Notes: generated by a model not told the origin, from the sequence alone. A DNA stretch of 38,058 nucleotides from an uncultured Acidimicrobiaceae bacterium (GCA_964454615.1 CAYVTP010000006.1:1-38058), one strand, 5' to 3'. Positions 18,244 to 28,111 are shown, counted from the stretch's first letter. Numbers and translations are program-made.

Positions 18244-19380
18244 ATGGTCAAGGGGCTGCGCATCGGCAAGGTGCTCGGGATCGACATCAGCATCGACCCG
18301 TCCTGGCTGATAATCGCCTTCCTGTTCAGCTGGTCGTTCTACATCCAATTCGGGCTCAGGTTCGAGGGCCTGGACGGGACCGTCCTCATCGTGATGGCCA
18401 TTGCCACGGCGCTGGTGTTCTTCGGGTCGGTGCTCCTCCATGAGTTGAGCCACTCGGTGATGGCCATGAGGCTGGGGGTGCCGGTGGAAGGCATCACCCT
18501 GTTTCTCTTCGGTGGGGTGAGCAAGATGAAGATGGAGGCCAACCGCCCACGGGACGAATTCCTGATCGCTGTCGTCGGCCCGTTGACCAGCATCGTGCTC
18601 GCCGGTGTCTTCTGGCTGGTGGTGAACCTGGCCTCGGGGCTGTTCAGCCCGATCGTGCTGTTCGCACTGGGCTATCTCGGATGGCTGAACTTGTTGCTGG
18701 GCGTTTTCAACATGCTCCCCGGGTTCCCATTGGACGGGGGCCGGGTGCTGCGCTCCATCCTGTGGAAGTCCAAGGGGAGCCTCGTCGAGGCGACGCGTGG
18801 TGCGGCTCGCGGCGGCCGGATGATCGCCTCTCTGCTGATTGCGGTCGGACTGGTGTCGGTTCTGTGGGGAAACCTGGGAGGGCTGTGGATGGCTGCCATC
18901 GGGTGGTTTCTCCTCCAGGCGGCCAGCGCCGCCGATCAGGACGTGGTCGTTCGGTCGTTCCTCGAGGATGTCACCGCGAGTGATCTCATGTCCCCGAAGC
19001 TGGTGAGCATCCCCTTCGACACAACGGTGGAGGACGCCGTCGATGACTACTTCCTCCGATATGACCACTCGGCGTTCCCCGTCGTCTCGGAAGACCGATC
19101 CGGGTTGATCACCTTGAGGGCGGTGCGCCAGATACCAAAGGATCAATGGGGGATCCGGCAGGTGTGGTCTGCCATGACCGACCTTCGGGACGCCTGCACC
19201 GTCGGGCCGACGACTCCGATGAACCAGGTGATGGAGCAGCTCCGGGAGATGGAGCAGGATCGGGTCTTGGTGGTCGACGACGGTCAGATCCTGGGGATCA
19301 TCACCCCCCGCGACGTCACCCGTTGGGTGCAGCGGTCACAGGAGCTCGGGTTGAGCCCGGCTGAGGGCCCGCTGAGCTGA
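18244..19380 (+). CDS. Site-2 protease (M50) with tandem CBS domains (Rip3/Rv2625c-like)
   Basis: HELSH zinc motif, LFLFGGV, FNMLPGFPLDGGRVLR, C-terminal CBS pair. Start 18244 (alternative 18163); the 17683 start overlaps another gene. Confidence 0.93.
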   Translation: MVKGLRIGKVLGIDISIDPSWLIIAFLFSWSFYIQFGLRFEGLDGTVLIVMAIATALVFFGSVLLHELSHSVMAMRLGVPVEGITLFLFGGVSKMKMEANRPRDEFLIAVVGPLTSIVLAGVFWLVVNLASGLFSPIVLFALGYLGWLNLLLGVFNMLPGFPLDGGRVLRSILWKSKGSLVEATRGAARGGRMIASLLIAVGLVSVLWGNLGGLWMAAIGWFLLQAASAADQDVVVRSFLEDVTASDLMSPKLVSIPFDTTVEDAVDDYFLRYDHSAFPVVSEDRSGLITLRAVRQIPKDQWGIRQVWSAMTDLRDACTVGPTTPMNQVMEQLREMEQDRVLVVDDGQILGIITPRDVTRWVQRSQELGLSPAEGPLS

Positions 19381-19450
19381 CCAGGCCTGCGGTAGGTGTC
19401 CCACGGTGCGGCTAACTTCGAAGTCCTGAGTTTCTTCCTGGAGGTCTGAT

Positions 19451-20581
19451 GTGAACGTGATCGACTGGCTGCTCGACTCCGACCCTTCGATTCGGTGGCA
19501 GGTGATGCGTGATCTGACCGCCGCTCCCGACGAAGCGGTTGCCGCCGAGCGCTCCCGGGTGGCCAGGGAGGGCTGGGGCGCCCGCCTCCTCGCCGAGCAG
19601 AGCCCGTCGGGCAGGTGGGGAGTGGGCGATCTGTCCCCCGAGGACCTGCGCACGGGAGATTCGCTGCCGGACCCCGAGACCCGTCGCCTCCTCCGTGAGC
19701 TCCAAGCCGCCACACCCCAACAGATGGCAGACTTCATGGAGGTCGACCTCGACACGGTGTCGCGGTGGGAGAGTGGTGAAGCCGACGACGACCCGTCGAC
19801 CGACCGGTATCGCTCGGTGGTCGACTGGATGAGGGTCACCGTGGGCACTTACAACCCCAAGTGGATCTCGACCACCTACACCCTGCTGTTGCTCAGGGAC
19901 ATGGGGATAGACCCGGACGACACCATTGTGAGGGAGGCGATCAGCCTGGTTCACGACGGGTCGAAGCACGACGTCGGCGAGGGGGGTTTCTTCGACGGGG
20001 AGACCGAGCCCTGCATCAACGGGATGGTGGTTGCCATCGGCTCGTACTTCGGTCGGCCGGTGGATGCCGTGGTCGAGCGAATCCTGGGCGAACAACTCGC
20101 CGATGGGGGTTGGAACTGTGAGGCGGTCAACGGCTCGACCCGGTCGTCTTTCCACACCACCATCTGCATTCTCGAAGGCCTCCTCGGGTACGAGAAGGCC
20201 CTGGGCGGAGAGCCCGTGGTGGCAACGGCTCGGAATCGGGCGGAGGAGTATCTACTGGAGAGGCGACTGTTCCGCCGGATGTCGAACGGGGAGATCATCG
20301 ACCCGGTCTGGACGCGCTTCTCATTCCCACCACGCTTCCACTACGACGTCCTGCGAGGGCTCGACTACTTCCGAAGCACAGGGGCCGCCCCCGATGGCCG
20401 CCTGTCCGATGGCGTCGAACTGCTCGAGAGCAAGAGGCAGGCCGACGGGCGGTGGGCCTTGGAGAACACCCATCCGGCCCGGGTCTACTTCGAGATGGAC
20501 GACGGGGACGGCCAACCCAGCCGCTGGAACACACTGCGGGCGATGCGCGTCCTCGATTGGTACAACCGCTCGGACGGCTGA
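19451..20581 (+). CDS. Prenyltransferase/squalene-cyclase-like repeat protein with an internal XRE-like HTH
   Basis: WLLDSDPSIRWQV, QxxxGxW repeats (QSPSGRW, QLADGGW, QADGRW), EPCING, SSFHTT, YDVLRGLDY, SRWNTLRA; RBS GGAGG. Confidence 0.85.
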   Translation: MNVIDWLLDSDPSIRWQVMRDLTAAPDEAVAAERSRVAREGWGARLLAEQSPSGRWGVGDLSPEDLRTGDSLPDPETRRLLRELQAATPQQMADFMEVDLDTVSRWESGEADDDPSTDRYRSVVDWMRVTVGTYNPKWISTTYTLLLLRDMGIDPDDTIVREAISLVHDGSKHDVGEGGFFDGETEPCINGMVVAIGSYFGRPVDAVVERILGEQLADGGWNCEAVNGSTRSSFHTTICILEGLLGYEKALGGEPVVATARNRAEEYLLERRLFRRMSNGEIIDPVWTRFSFPPRFHYDVLRGLDYFRSTGAAPDGRLSDGVELLESKRQADGRWALENTHPARVYFEMDDGDGQPSRWNTLRAMRVLDWYNRSDG

Positions 20582-20730
20582 TCGCTTCTAGTAGGCGGGC
20601 CGACTTGGTCGGCGATCCCCGACCCCTCGCTTGGGATGCCAGGGTACGACCACCAATCCGACCATTCAGGCTGGGGGATCGGGGCCGACCGGTGCTCAAT
20701 TGTTGGTTCGAATCTGCCGAAAGGGTGGGT

Positions 20731-22485
20731 GTGGGAACCCAGCTGACACACCTGCTTGGCGCGCGCCGTTGGGCGTTGCCGGGGCCCATAGTCGGCCTGC
20801 TGGTCATCGGGGCCGTGGTCGCCTATTTGGAGCCGGGATTGGGCGATGCCATCGGGGCTCCCGGCTTGGTGCTCGCCTACTTCATCGGCGCCTTCCTGTT
20901 GCTGTCGCGCTCTCGCCGGCTGGTCCCCAGGGAGGCGGTGGCCTGGAGGTTTCTCGGCTCGGGGATGGCCCTTGTTGCCACCGGAGTCCTCGTCATCGTC
21001 GTCCTCCACGTGGCAGGTGTGGATGTCCCCGCTTTCGGCCCGATCGACCTGTTCTTCCTGGCCGGCTACGGGATGTTCCTGGTCGCCCTCTACCTGCTGG
21101 CCCGCGCCGACAGTGGCGGCCGGGCCTGGGTGTTGACGCTGCTCGATGCGCTGGTGGGAGCCGTTGCGTTGGGCACCCTTGCATGGGCATACCTTTACAG
21201 CGAGCTGATCGCCACCCTGGCGGGGGCGCCCAGGTGGGAGGCCGTGGTGGCTTCGGTCTACCCCGTACTGGACATCGCCGCGGTGATCCTGCTCATGATC
21301 CTCCTCCTGCGCCGAAGCAACTTCCACTGGGACCCGAGGCTGGTCCTCATCACCCTGGGCATCGGTATCCAGGTTGCCGCCGATGTCCTTTACCTTCGTG
21401 ACGGCCTCGGTCAGAGTTTCGCCGAGGCCGAACCGGTCTACTGGTTGTTCCTGCTCTCGGCGGCGTTTCTGATCGCGGCGGCCGCGATCGTCGACATCGA
21501 GCCCCGCAGGAGGGAGTTCCCGGACCGGGCAGCCCCCGTCGTGGCGCTCCTCTGGCCCTATCTTCTGGTCCTCGTCCTGATCGGCACCCACGCCTATCAG
21601 TACCACACGCTGGGAGCCGACCCGGACAGCGTGTTGCTCCTGGACTCGCTGCTCTTCATCGGTGGGCTTGCCCTGATCCGACAGGTGGTGGTCATTCGCC
21701 GGCACCGAGCACGGCTCGAGGTTCAACGCTCGGAGCTGGTGGCTTCGGTCAGCCACGAGCTGAGAACCCCGTTGACAGCAATGGTGGGATACCTGGCCCT
21801 CATCGAGGAGAGCGGTGACGACTTCGCGCGCGAGGCCCGGTCGGAGATGATTTCCGAGGCTGCCGGTCAGGCTCGACACATGGCCCGTCTGGTATCCGAT
21901 CTGGTGATGCTGGCCAGGGGCGGCAACCAGTCGGTGCCCCTGGCGATCTCGGAGACCGCCGTGTCGTCGATCATCAGCGGGGCCTTGCGGGGCATCGACC
22001 CTGAGTCCACCCTGATCGACGAGTCTTTCGAGGGAGACGCCCTGGTCAGGGTGGATGCTGACCGGATCCGACAGGCGTTGAGCAACCTGATCCTCAATGG
22101 CGTGAAGTACGGCGGGGACAGGGTCACTATCACCGGTCGGGTCAAGGCAGGGGACCTGGTGTTCGACGTGCATGACAACGGGCCGGGTCTACCGGTCCGT
22201 CACCAGACTTCGGTCTGGGAGCGTTTCGAGCGAGGCGCCCAGCGCCTCAACTCGTCGATTCCGGGGATGGGTATCGGGCTCTCCATAGTCAAGGCTGTGG
22301 CCGGGGCCCACGGTGGAGAGGCGGAGTACCGGCGTTCAGACCTGTTGGGTGGCGCATGCTTCTCGCTGACCATCCCCGGCTGTGTTGCCCAGTCCTACGA
22401 CGATCGGGCGTCGTCCGACTCGGCCGCCTCCCGACATGAAGGGATGGTCGGGGCGCAGCCGCCTTTCGTGCGGGGTGGCAGCTGA
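20731..22485 (+). CDS. Membrane sensor histidine kinase (multi-TM input domain, HisKA, HATPase)
   Basis: About 9 TM segments; SHELRTPLT, NLILNGVKY, DNGPG, GMGIGLSIV. Start chosen after GAAAGG. No adjacent response regulator. Confidence 0.9.
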   Translation: MGTQLTHLLGARRWALPGPIVGLLVIGAVVAYLEPGLGDAIGAPGLVLAYFIGAFLLLSRSRRLVPREAVAWRFLGSGMALVATGVLVIVVLHVAGVDVPAFGPIDLFFLAGYGMFLVALYLLARADSGGRAWVLTLLDALVGAVALGTLAWAYLYSELIATLAGAPRWEAVVASVYPVLDIAAVILLMILLLRRSNFHWDPRLVLITLGIGIQVAADVLYLRDGLGQSFAEAEPVYWLFLLSAAFLIAAAAIVDIEPRRREFPDRAAPVVALLWPYLLVLVLIGTHAYQYHTLGADPDSVLLLDSLLFIGGLALIRQVVVIRRHRARLEVQRSELVASVSHELRTPLTAMVGYLALIEESGDDFAREARSEMISEAAGQARHMARLVSDLVMLARGGNQSVPLAISETAVSSIISGALRGIDPESTLIDESFEGDALVRVDADRIRQALSNLILNGVKYGGDRVTITGRVKAGDLVFDVHDNGPGLPVRHQTSVWERFERGAQRLNSSIPGMGIGLSIVKAVAGAHGGEAEYRRSDLLGGACFSLTIPGCVAQSYDDRASSDSAASRHEGMVGAQPPFVRGGS

Positions 22486-22489
22486 CCGG

Positions 22490-25168
22490 TCAAACGGGGG
22501 ATTGATTGCCGCTCGCTCGCCGTCGAATCCACTTGTCGATCTCGACCGCTACCAGCACGCTCAGGGCGACCAGGACGATCGGGCCCCACATCGAGGGGTC
22601 GAAAGGCTCGACCCGGAGGATGAACTGCGTGAACGGCAGGTGGAGCGCTGCCACGTGGATCGATAGGGCCGCGACCACAGCACCGAACAGCAGACGGTTC
22701 GAGAAGGGGGAGATCCTGAAGGCGGAGATGGTCTCCGACCTGGCGTTGCCGACGTGGACCGCCTGGAAGATCACCATCGTGGTTACTGCCACCGTCTGAG
22801 CCTGTGTGAGGGATCCTGTGGTGTCGAGTGTCCACCGGAACATGGCCAGGGTCCCGGTCGCCATGACAATCCCGGTCAGCAGGGTTCGCTGCCAGAGAAG
22901 ACGGGAGATGATTCCCTCCCGCCTCGGTCTGGGTTGCCTGCTGGTGACCCCGGGCTCCTCCGGCTCGAAGGCCAGGGCAACGTCCTGGACTCCGTTGGTG
23001 ACCAGGTTCAACCACAGGATCTGGGCAGGCAGCATGGGGAGGGGCCATCCGGCCGCCACCGCGGCGAGGATGGCGAGGATCTCCGCGGCGCCGCTGGAGA
23101 TCAGGAAGAAGGTCACCTTGCGCAGATTGTCGAAGGTGATCCGTCCCTGGCGTACTGCCTCGAAGATGCTGACGAAGTTGTCGTCGGCGAGCACCATGTC
23201 GGATGCCTCTCGTGCCACATCGGTTCCTGAGATCCCCATCGCCACTCCGACGTCGGCCACCTTGAGTGCAGGGGCGTCATTCACCCCATCGCCGGTGACA
23301 GCTACCACGTGGTCGAGGGACTGGAGCGCCCGAACCACTCGGAGCTTGTGCTCCGGTGAGACGCGGGCGAAGACAGACACTTCCCCGAGCGCCTCGACCA
23401 GCTGGGAGTCGTCCAGCTCCTCCATCTCACGGCCGGTGATCACCCGGTCGTCAGCCGTGGCGATGCCCAGCTGGTCCGAGATGGAGAGGGCGGTCTCGGC
23501 GTGGTCGCCGGTGATCATGACCACCCGTATGCCGCTCCGCTGACAGTCGGCGATGGCCTCGAGGACGCCCTCACGAGGCGGATCCATCATCCCCTGCAGC
23601 CCGAGGAAGGTGAGTCCCTCGGGTTCTTCTAGGTCATCGTCTGATGCCGGTCCCGGCCTGTGCGCCATGGCGAGCACCCGTAGTCCCCGGGCCGCCATCT
23701 CTGCAGCTGCAGCTTCGATCCGATCCTTGTCCAGTCCGACGGCGCCGTCGTCCGAGGCCATGTCCTGGCACATTTCCAGGATCCGCTCGGGGGCACCCTT
23801 CACGAACAGCGCCTCATCCTCGCCGTCGTTCCGGTGGCTCCCCGAGAATCTGCGCTCCGGTTCGAACGGGATCTCCTGTAGCGACTGCCATCGGTCCCGC
23901 TCCTCCTCAGGGCTCACGCCGATGTGGTCGGCGGCCACCAGCAAGGCGATCTCGGTGGGGTCCCCGACCGCCTCTCGGTCGTCGGCGACTCCTGCGTCGT
24001 AAGGCGCCTCGCTGGCGAGTACTCCGGCGAGCAGTGTCCTTCGAAGCGTGGGCGAGTCGGGAGCCTGATCGTCGAGATCGTGAGTCGTCCCGGCATACCA
24101 GATCTCCTGGACGGTCATCCGGTTGGCGGTGAGGGTCCCGGTCTTGTCCGAACCGATGGCGCTGATGCTGCCCAGAGTTTCCACAGCCGGGAGGCGTCGG
24201 ATGATCGCCTTCCTCCTGGCCATTCGCTGGACCCCGATGGCCAGGGTGATGGTGAGGACCGCAGGCAGGCCTTCGGGTATTGCCGAGACCGCCAGGGCCA
24301 CCCCGACCAGGAACATGTCCCCGATCTCCCCTCCGCGCAACACTCCGAGCGGGACCGAGAGGGCCGCTGCCAGAGCCACCACGACTCCCACAACCTTGGC
24401 GAACCGGGCCATCCGCTGCTGAAGGGGAGTGGGTGGCTCCTCTTCTTCACGGATCTGGGTGGCGATCTTGCCGAGCTCTGTATCAGTGCCGGTGGCCATC
24501 ACATAGCCGCTGCCGCGGCCGGAGGTGACCACGGTGCCGGTGAAGGCGATGTTGGAGCGGTCCCCTACCGGAACAGTCTCGCCCAGGGCGTCAGAGTCTT
24601 TCGAGGCGGGAACCGACTCGCCGGTGAGGAGCGACTCGTCGATGGCCAGGGTGGTGGTCGTGGCGAGGCGGAGGTCGGCCGGCACCCTCTGGCCAGACTC
24701 GAGCAATACCAGGTCGCCGACTACCACTTCCTGACTGTCGACCACGAGCTCCCGTCCATCGCGGAGGATGTGGGCCTTCGGGGCGACCAGTCCGGTGAGG
24801 GCCCTCACCGCGTTCTCAGCCTTCCGCTCCTGGAAGAACCCGATCCCGGCGTTGAGGGCGAGAACGAAGAAGATCACTCCGGCGTCGATGTACTCCCCAA
24901 TGGCCAGGGTGACCAGCATGGCCACCAGGAGTATGTAGACCAGGGGGCTCTGGAACTGGTGGAGGAGCTGCTCCCAGACACTGGGAGGCTCATCCTCGGC
25001 TATGACATTCGGTCCCCATGCTTCGAGGCGGCTGAGGGCTTCGTCTTGGCTGAGGCCCCGGCGTCCGGTCTCCAGCACCTCTGTGACCTCCTCGACGGAC
25101 ATCACCACCCAGTCACCCGAGGGCAAGTCCTGAGTTGGGCTGGTCTCGTTGGTCACCGATCGCCTCAC
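22490..25168 (-). CDS. P-type cation-transporting ATPase, type IIA (Ca2+-like; CtpF-like)
   Basis: TGES, IPEGL, DKTGT, KGAPE, DPPR, TGD, GDGVND, QILWLNLVTN. Start uncertain. Confidence 0.95.
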   Translation of the reverse strand: MRRSVTNETSPTQDLPSGDWVVMSVEEVTEVLETGRRGLSQDEALSRLEAWGPNVIAEDEPPSVWEQLLHQFQSPLVYILLVAMLVTLAIGEYIDAGVIFFVLALNAGIGFFQERKAENAVRALTGLVAPKAHILRDGRELVVDSQEVVVGDLVLLESGQRVPADLRLATTTTLAIDESLLTGESVPASKDSDALGETVPVGDRSNIAFTGTVVTSGRGSGYVMATGTDTELGKIATQIREEEEPPTPLQQRMARFAKVVGVVVALAAALSVPLGVLRGGEIGDMFLVGVALAVSAIPEGLPAVLTITLAIGVQRMARRKAIIRRLPAVETLGSISAIGSDKTGTLTANRMTVQEIWYAGTTHDLDDQAPDSPTLRRTLLAGVLASEAPYDAGVADDREAVGDPTEIALLVAADHIGVSPEEERDRWQSLQEIPFEPERRFSGSHRNDGEDEALFVKGAPERILEMCQDMASDDGAVGLDKDRIEAAAAEMAARGLRVLAMAHRPGPASDDDLEEPEGLTFLGLQGMMDPPREGVLEAIADCQRSGIRVVMITGDHAETALSISDQLGIATADDRVITGREMEELDDSQLVEALGEVSVFARVSPEHKLRVVRALQSLDHVVAVTGDGVNDAPALKVADVGVAMGISGTDVAREASDMVLADDNFVSIFEAVRQGRITFDNLRKVTFFLISSGAAEILAILAAVAAGWPLPMLPAQILWLNLVTNGVQDVALAFEPEEPGVTSRQPRPRREGIISRLLWQRTLLTGIVMATGTLAMFRWTLDTTGSLTQAQTVAVTTMVIFQAVHVGNARSETISAFRISPFSNRLLFGAVVAALSIHVAALHLPFTQFILRVEPFDPSMWGPIVLVALSVLVAVEIDKWIRRRASGNQSPV

Positions 25169-25351
25169 GCACCTGGTCGTCCGGGCCTCTACCCGGAACG
25201 AGCCAAGGTACTAGAGGGCGCCGGTCAGTTGGGACGAAGGCATGCAGGCGGACCGCCTCGGGTCTCCCTGGTCGGTTGTGGCTGCTCGGCTGGTAGCGTC
25301 AGGTGGTCGGAAGATCCGGCACTGCCCACACGACCAAGGAGGTTGCGGTCC

Positions 25352-25423
25352 ATGACCGCTGACAGTTCCCAGACAAAGGCTGTTGCCCCCTCCCCGGGTC
25401 AAGTCGAGGTCGACGCGGCCTGA
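25352..25423 (+). CDS. Putative mgtE leader peptide (23 aa, MTADSSQTKAVAPSPGQVEVDAA)
   Basis: Perfect SD AAGGAGG at 25336-25342, ATG 25352, TGA 25421-25423, downstream of extended -10 TGgTAGCGT (25291-25299). Confidence 0.6.
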   Translation: MTADSSQTKAVAPSPGQVEVDAA

Positions 25424-25459
25424 CTCGACTTCTGGGGGACGCAGCTCTTCCCAGGAGTC
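25401..25459 (+). promoter_or_regulatory. Alternative hairpins controlling the mgtE RBS (candidate translational attenuator)
   Basis: AAGTCGAG(25401-08)/CTCGACTT(25424-31) competes with GACTTCTGGG(25427-36)/CCCAGGAGTC(25450-59); the latter buries AGGAG. Confidence 0.6.
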
Positions 25460-25464
25460 ATCAC

Positions 25465-26787
25465 ATGCCACAGTCGATTCACCGGTACCTGCACTCGTTC
25501 GACGACATCGAAGAGCGGCTGATGGCCGCGCCCGTGGGGGAAGTGGCCGAGGAGCTGGAGCGGCTCGAACCGGACGACAGGGTGGTCGCCTTCCGGCTTC
25601 TGCCCCGCGACCGCGCCCTGGCCGTCTTCGAGTCGATGGACACCGCAATCCAACAGGAGATCCTCGAAGGCCTGCGGGATGATAGGTTTCGCCAGCTCCT
25701 GGAGGACCTCGACCCGGACGACAGGGCCCGGCTGCTCGACGAGTTGCCGGCCAAGGTCGCCAAGCGGGCCCTGCTTGGCCTGAGCCCAGCCGAGCGCCGG
25801 TACACCGCTGCTCTCCTCGGCTATTCCGAGGACTCGGCCGGAAGGGTCATGACCCCGGAGTTCGTCAGCCTGCGGGCATCGATGACGGTGGAAGGAGCTC
25901 TCGCCAAGATCAAGAGGAGCACGACCGAGCCCGAGACGTTGTTCGCCTTGCCGGTGACCGACGAGGAGCGTCAGCTCGTCGGACGGATCGACCTGCCTGC
26001 GCTGGTGAGGGCCAGCCCCGAGGTGAAGGTCGGAGAGCTCATGACCTCACAGGTGGAGACGGTGCAGGCCGACGATGATCAGGAGGTCGCCGCCCGATTG
26101 ATCGCCGATCGCCGGCTGGCGGTGCTGCCGGTACTGGACTCGGAGGCCCGGTTGGTCGGTGTCATCACCGCCGACGACGCCATGAGGATCCTCGAAGAGG
26201 AGGGGACAGAGGACCTGGTCCGTGCCGGTGGTTCGGAACCGCTGGGTCGCCCCTACTTCGATGCTTCCGCCCTCCAGCTCGCCGCCCGCAGGGCGACGTG
26301 GTTGTTGGTGCTGGCCGTCGGTGCCACCTTGACGGTCAATGTCATGGGCTACTTCGAGGAGACTCTTGCCGCCTATGTGGTGCTGGCGCTGTTCATCCCG
26401 CTGCTGATCGACACCGGAGGCAATACCGGGGCGCAGGCGGCGACAGTGGTCATTCGTGCCATGTCGCTCGGTGAGGTCCGTCTCGGTGATCTGCCGAAGG
26501 TGGTGTTCCGTGAGGCCCGAGTGGGGATCCTTCTCGGGGCGATGCTGGCAGTGGTGGCCTTCGTTCCGGTTGCCTTCTTCTTCGGGACGGGCATGGCATG
26601 GACCATCAGCCTCACCCTGGTAGCCGTGTGCACCTGGGCGACCTTCGCCGGCGCGATGCTTCCGATGGTGGCGGAGCGGATCGGAATCGATCCGGCCGTG
26701 GTCTCGGCGCCGTTCATCACGACGCTCGTCGACGCCACCGGCCTGATCGTCTACTTCGTCATCGCCAGGGCGATCCTGGGGATCTAG
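25465..26787 (+). CDS. mgtE: Magnesium transporter MgtE
   Basis: MgtE_N (LDPDDRARLLDELP), SAGRVMTPEF and CBS pair, R..WL, PLLIDTGGNTGAQ, DPAVVSAPFITTLVD. Confidence 0.97.
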   Translation: MPQSIHRYLHSFDDIEERLMAAPVGEVAEELERLEPDDRVVAFRLLPRDRALAVFESMDTAIQQEILEGLRDDRFRQLLEDLDPDDRARLLDELPAKVAKRALLGLSPAERRYTAALLGYSEDSAGRVMTPEFVSLRASMTVEGALAKIKRSTTEPETLFALPVTDEERQLVGRIDLPALVRASPEVKVGELMTSQVETVQADDDQEVAARLIADRRLAVLPVLDSEARLVGVITADDAMRILEEEGTEDLVRAGGSEPLGRPYFDASALQLAARRATWLLVLAVGATLTVNVMGYFEETLAAYVVLALFIPLLIDTGGNTGAQAATVVIRAMSLGEVRLGDLPKVVFREARVGILLGAMLAVVAFVPVAFFFGTGMAWTISLTLVAVCTWATFAGAMLPMVAERIGIDPAVVSAPFITTLVDATGLIVYFVIARAILGI

Positions 26788-26863
26788 CAGCTCATCGGCT
26801 GGTCGAGGGGATCGTTGGCCGTCCTTGCTCCCGTCGAGTAGTGGGTTCCCACCGCGATGGTGA

Positions 26864-28111
26864 TCACGGCCGGGAGGCGGCGACCCTTGTCCTGGGCCGG
26901 TTGCGCAGGATCACGATGGCGGGTGCTACCAGGAGGATGAGCCCGATCCAGGCGAGGGCCCGGTAGTCGGTCGCCTGGTAGAGCAGCCCCGAGCTTATGG
27001 CGGCTATCGCCGCCGATGACCATGTGAGGGAGTCCACCGAGCCTTGCAATCGGGCCCGGAGACCGAGCTCGACCCCGGCCGACAGCATCGAGCTCCCCGC
27101 GACGAACGTCATGTTCCAGCCGACACCGAGCACCCACAGGATGATGACCAGGGCCACGGTCGAGTGGTTGGGCCCGGTGGCGGCGCCGAGCGCGGCGGCG
27201 GCGAGAAAGACCATGCCGGAGAGCGCCACCCGGAGACCCCCGAAGCGGTCAGCCATCCTCCCCACCACCGGGGACAAGGCGAACATCCCCAGGGTGTGGG
27301 CACTCATCACCAGTCCGACAATGCCCAGATCCGATCCGTGGTGGCGGATGTGGAGAGGAGTTGCGGTCATGACCATCACCATCACCACCTGCCCGGCGAT
27401 CATCGCCGAGAGTGCGGTACGCACCTGGGGGAGACGGAAGGCCGCTCCGAGGGCGGCCCAGGACACCCTGGTCTTGCTGGGGGGCTCCGAAGCCAGCGTG
27501 GTCGGGTCAGGCCGTAGTGCAATCTGATAGAGCGCTGCTGCCAGCAGGAGGAAAACCACGGCCACCATGTATCCGCCGGTCAGTTCTGATCTTCCCAGTG
27601 AGGTGGCCAAGCGTCCCGACGGTTGGAGCAGTGCGGGCCCGGCCACCGAACCTATGGTCCCCGCCCAGACGACGAGGCCGAGGGCTGCCCCCCTCCTGTT
27701 CGCCGGGTACATGTCTGCTGCGGTGTATCGCGCCAGATGGCCGGAGGCGTTGCCCAGCCCGAGCATCGCCATACCAGCGATCAGCCCGATCACGGACGAT
27801 GCCGCCAGGGCCACTATGGCGGTCAGGGCGCCGAGGGCGCCGATCACCAGTCCGGTCACCAGGCCTGGGCGGCGACCCCTACGCGAGACGCCGATGGTCA
27901 AGACGGTGGTGCCCAGCGCGGTTCCTGTGACTGCAGCCGCGCCGGGCACCCCGGCCAAATTTGCCGAGCCCGTCAGCTCATCGATGGCAAGGGCGGAGAT
28001 GGTCACCGCGGCGATGAAGGAGATCGAGCCGAGTGCTACCCCGCTGAACAGGACCCATGTCAGTCGGCGTTGCGCCGTGAAGCCGGATGACTCCTGGGTT
28101 GTCTCATCCAT
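26864..28111 (-). CDS. MFS transporter
   Basis: About 12 TM helices, [28 protein letters not shown]. Confidence 0.9.
   Translation of the reverse strand: MDETTQESSGFTAQRRLTWVLFSGVALGSISFIAAVTISALAIDELTGSANLAGVPGAAAVTGTALGTTVLTIGVSRRGRRPGLVTGLVIGALGALTAIVALAASSVIGLIAGMAMLGLGNASGHLARYTAADMYPANRRGAALGLVVWAGTIGSVAGPALLQPSGRLATSLGRSELTGGYMVAVVFLLLAAALYQIALRPDPTTLASEPPSKTRVSWAALGAAFRLPQVRTALSAMIAGQVVMVMVMTATPLHIRHHGSDLGIVGLVMSAHTLGMFALSPVVGRMADRFGGLRVALSGMVFLAAAALGAATGPNHSTVALVIILWVLGVGWNMTFVAGSSMLSAGVELGLRARLQGSVDSLTWSSAAIAAISSGLLYQATDYRALAWIGLILLVAPAIVILRNRPRTRVAASRP

Noticed and set aside
25169-25464. M-box (ykoK) or yybP-ykoY riboswitch between the ATPase and mgtE
   Set aside because: I could not recognise the conserved aptamer sequences of either class; the leader is short and better explained by the uORF and alternative hairpins. 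Infernal would settle it.
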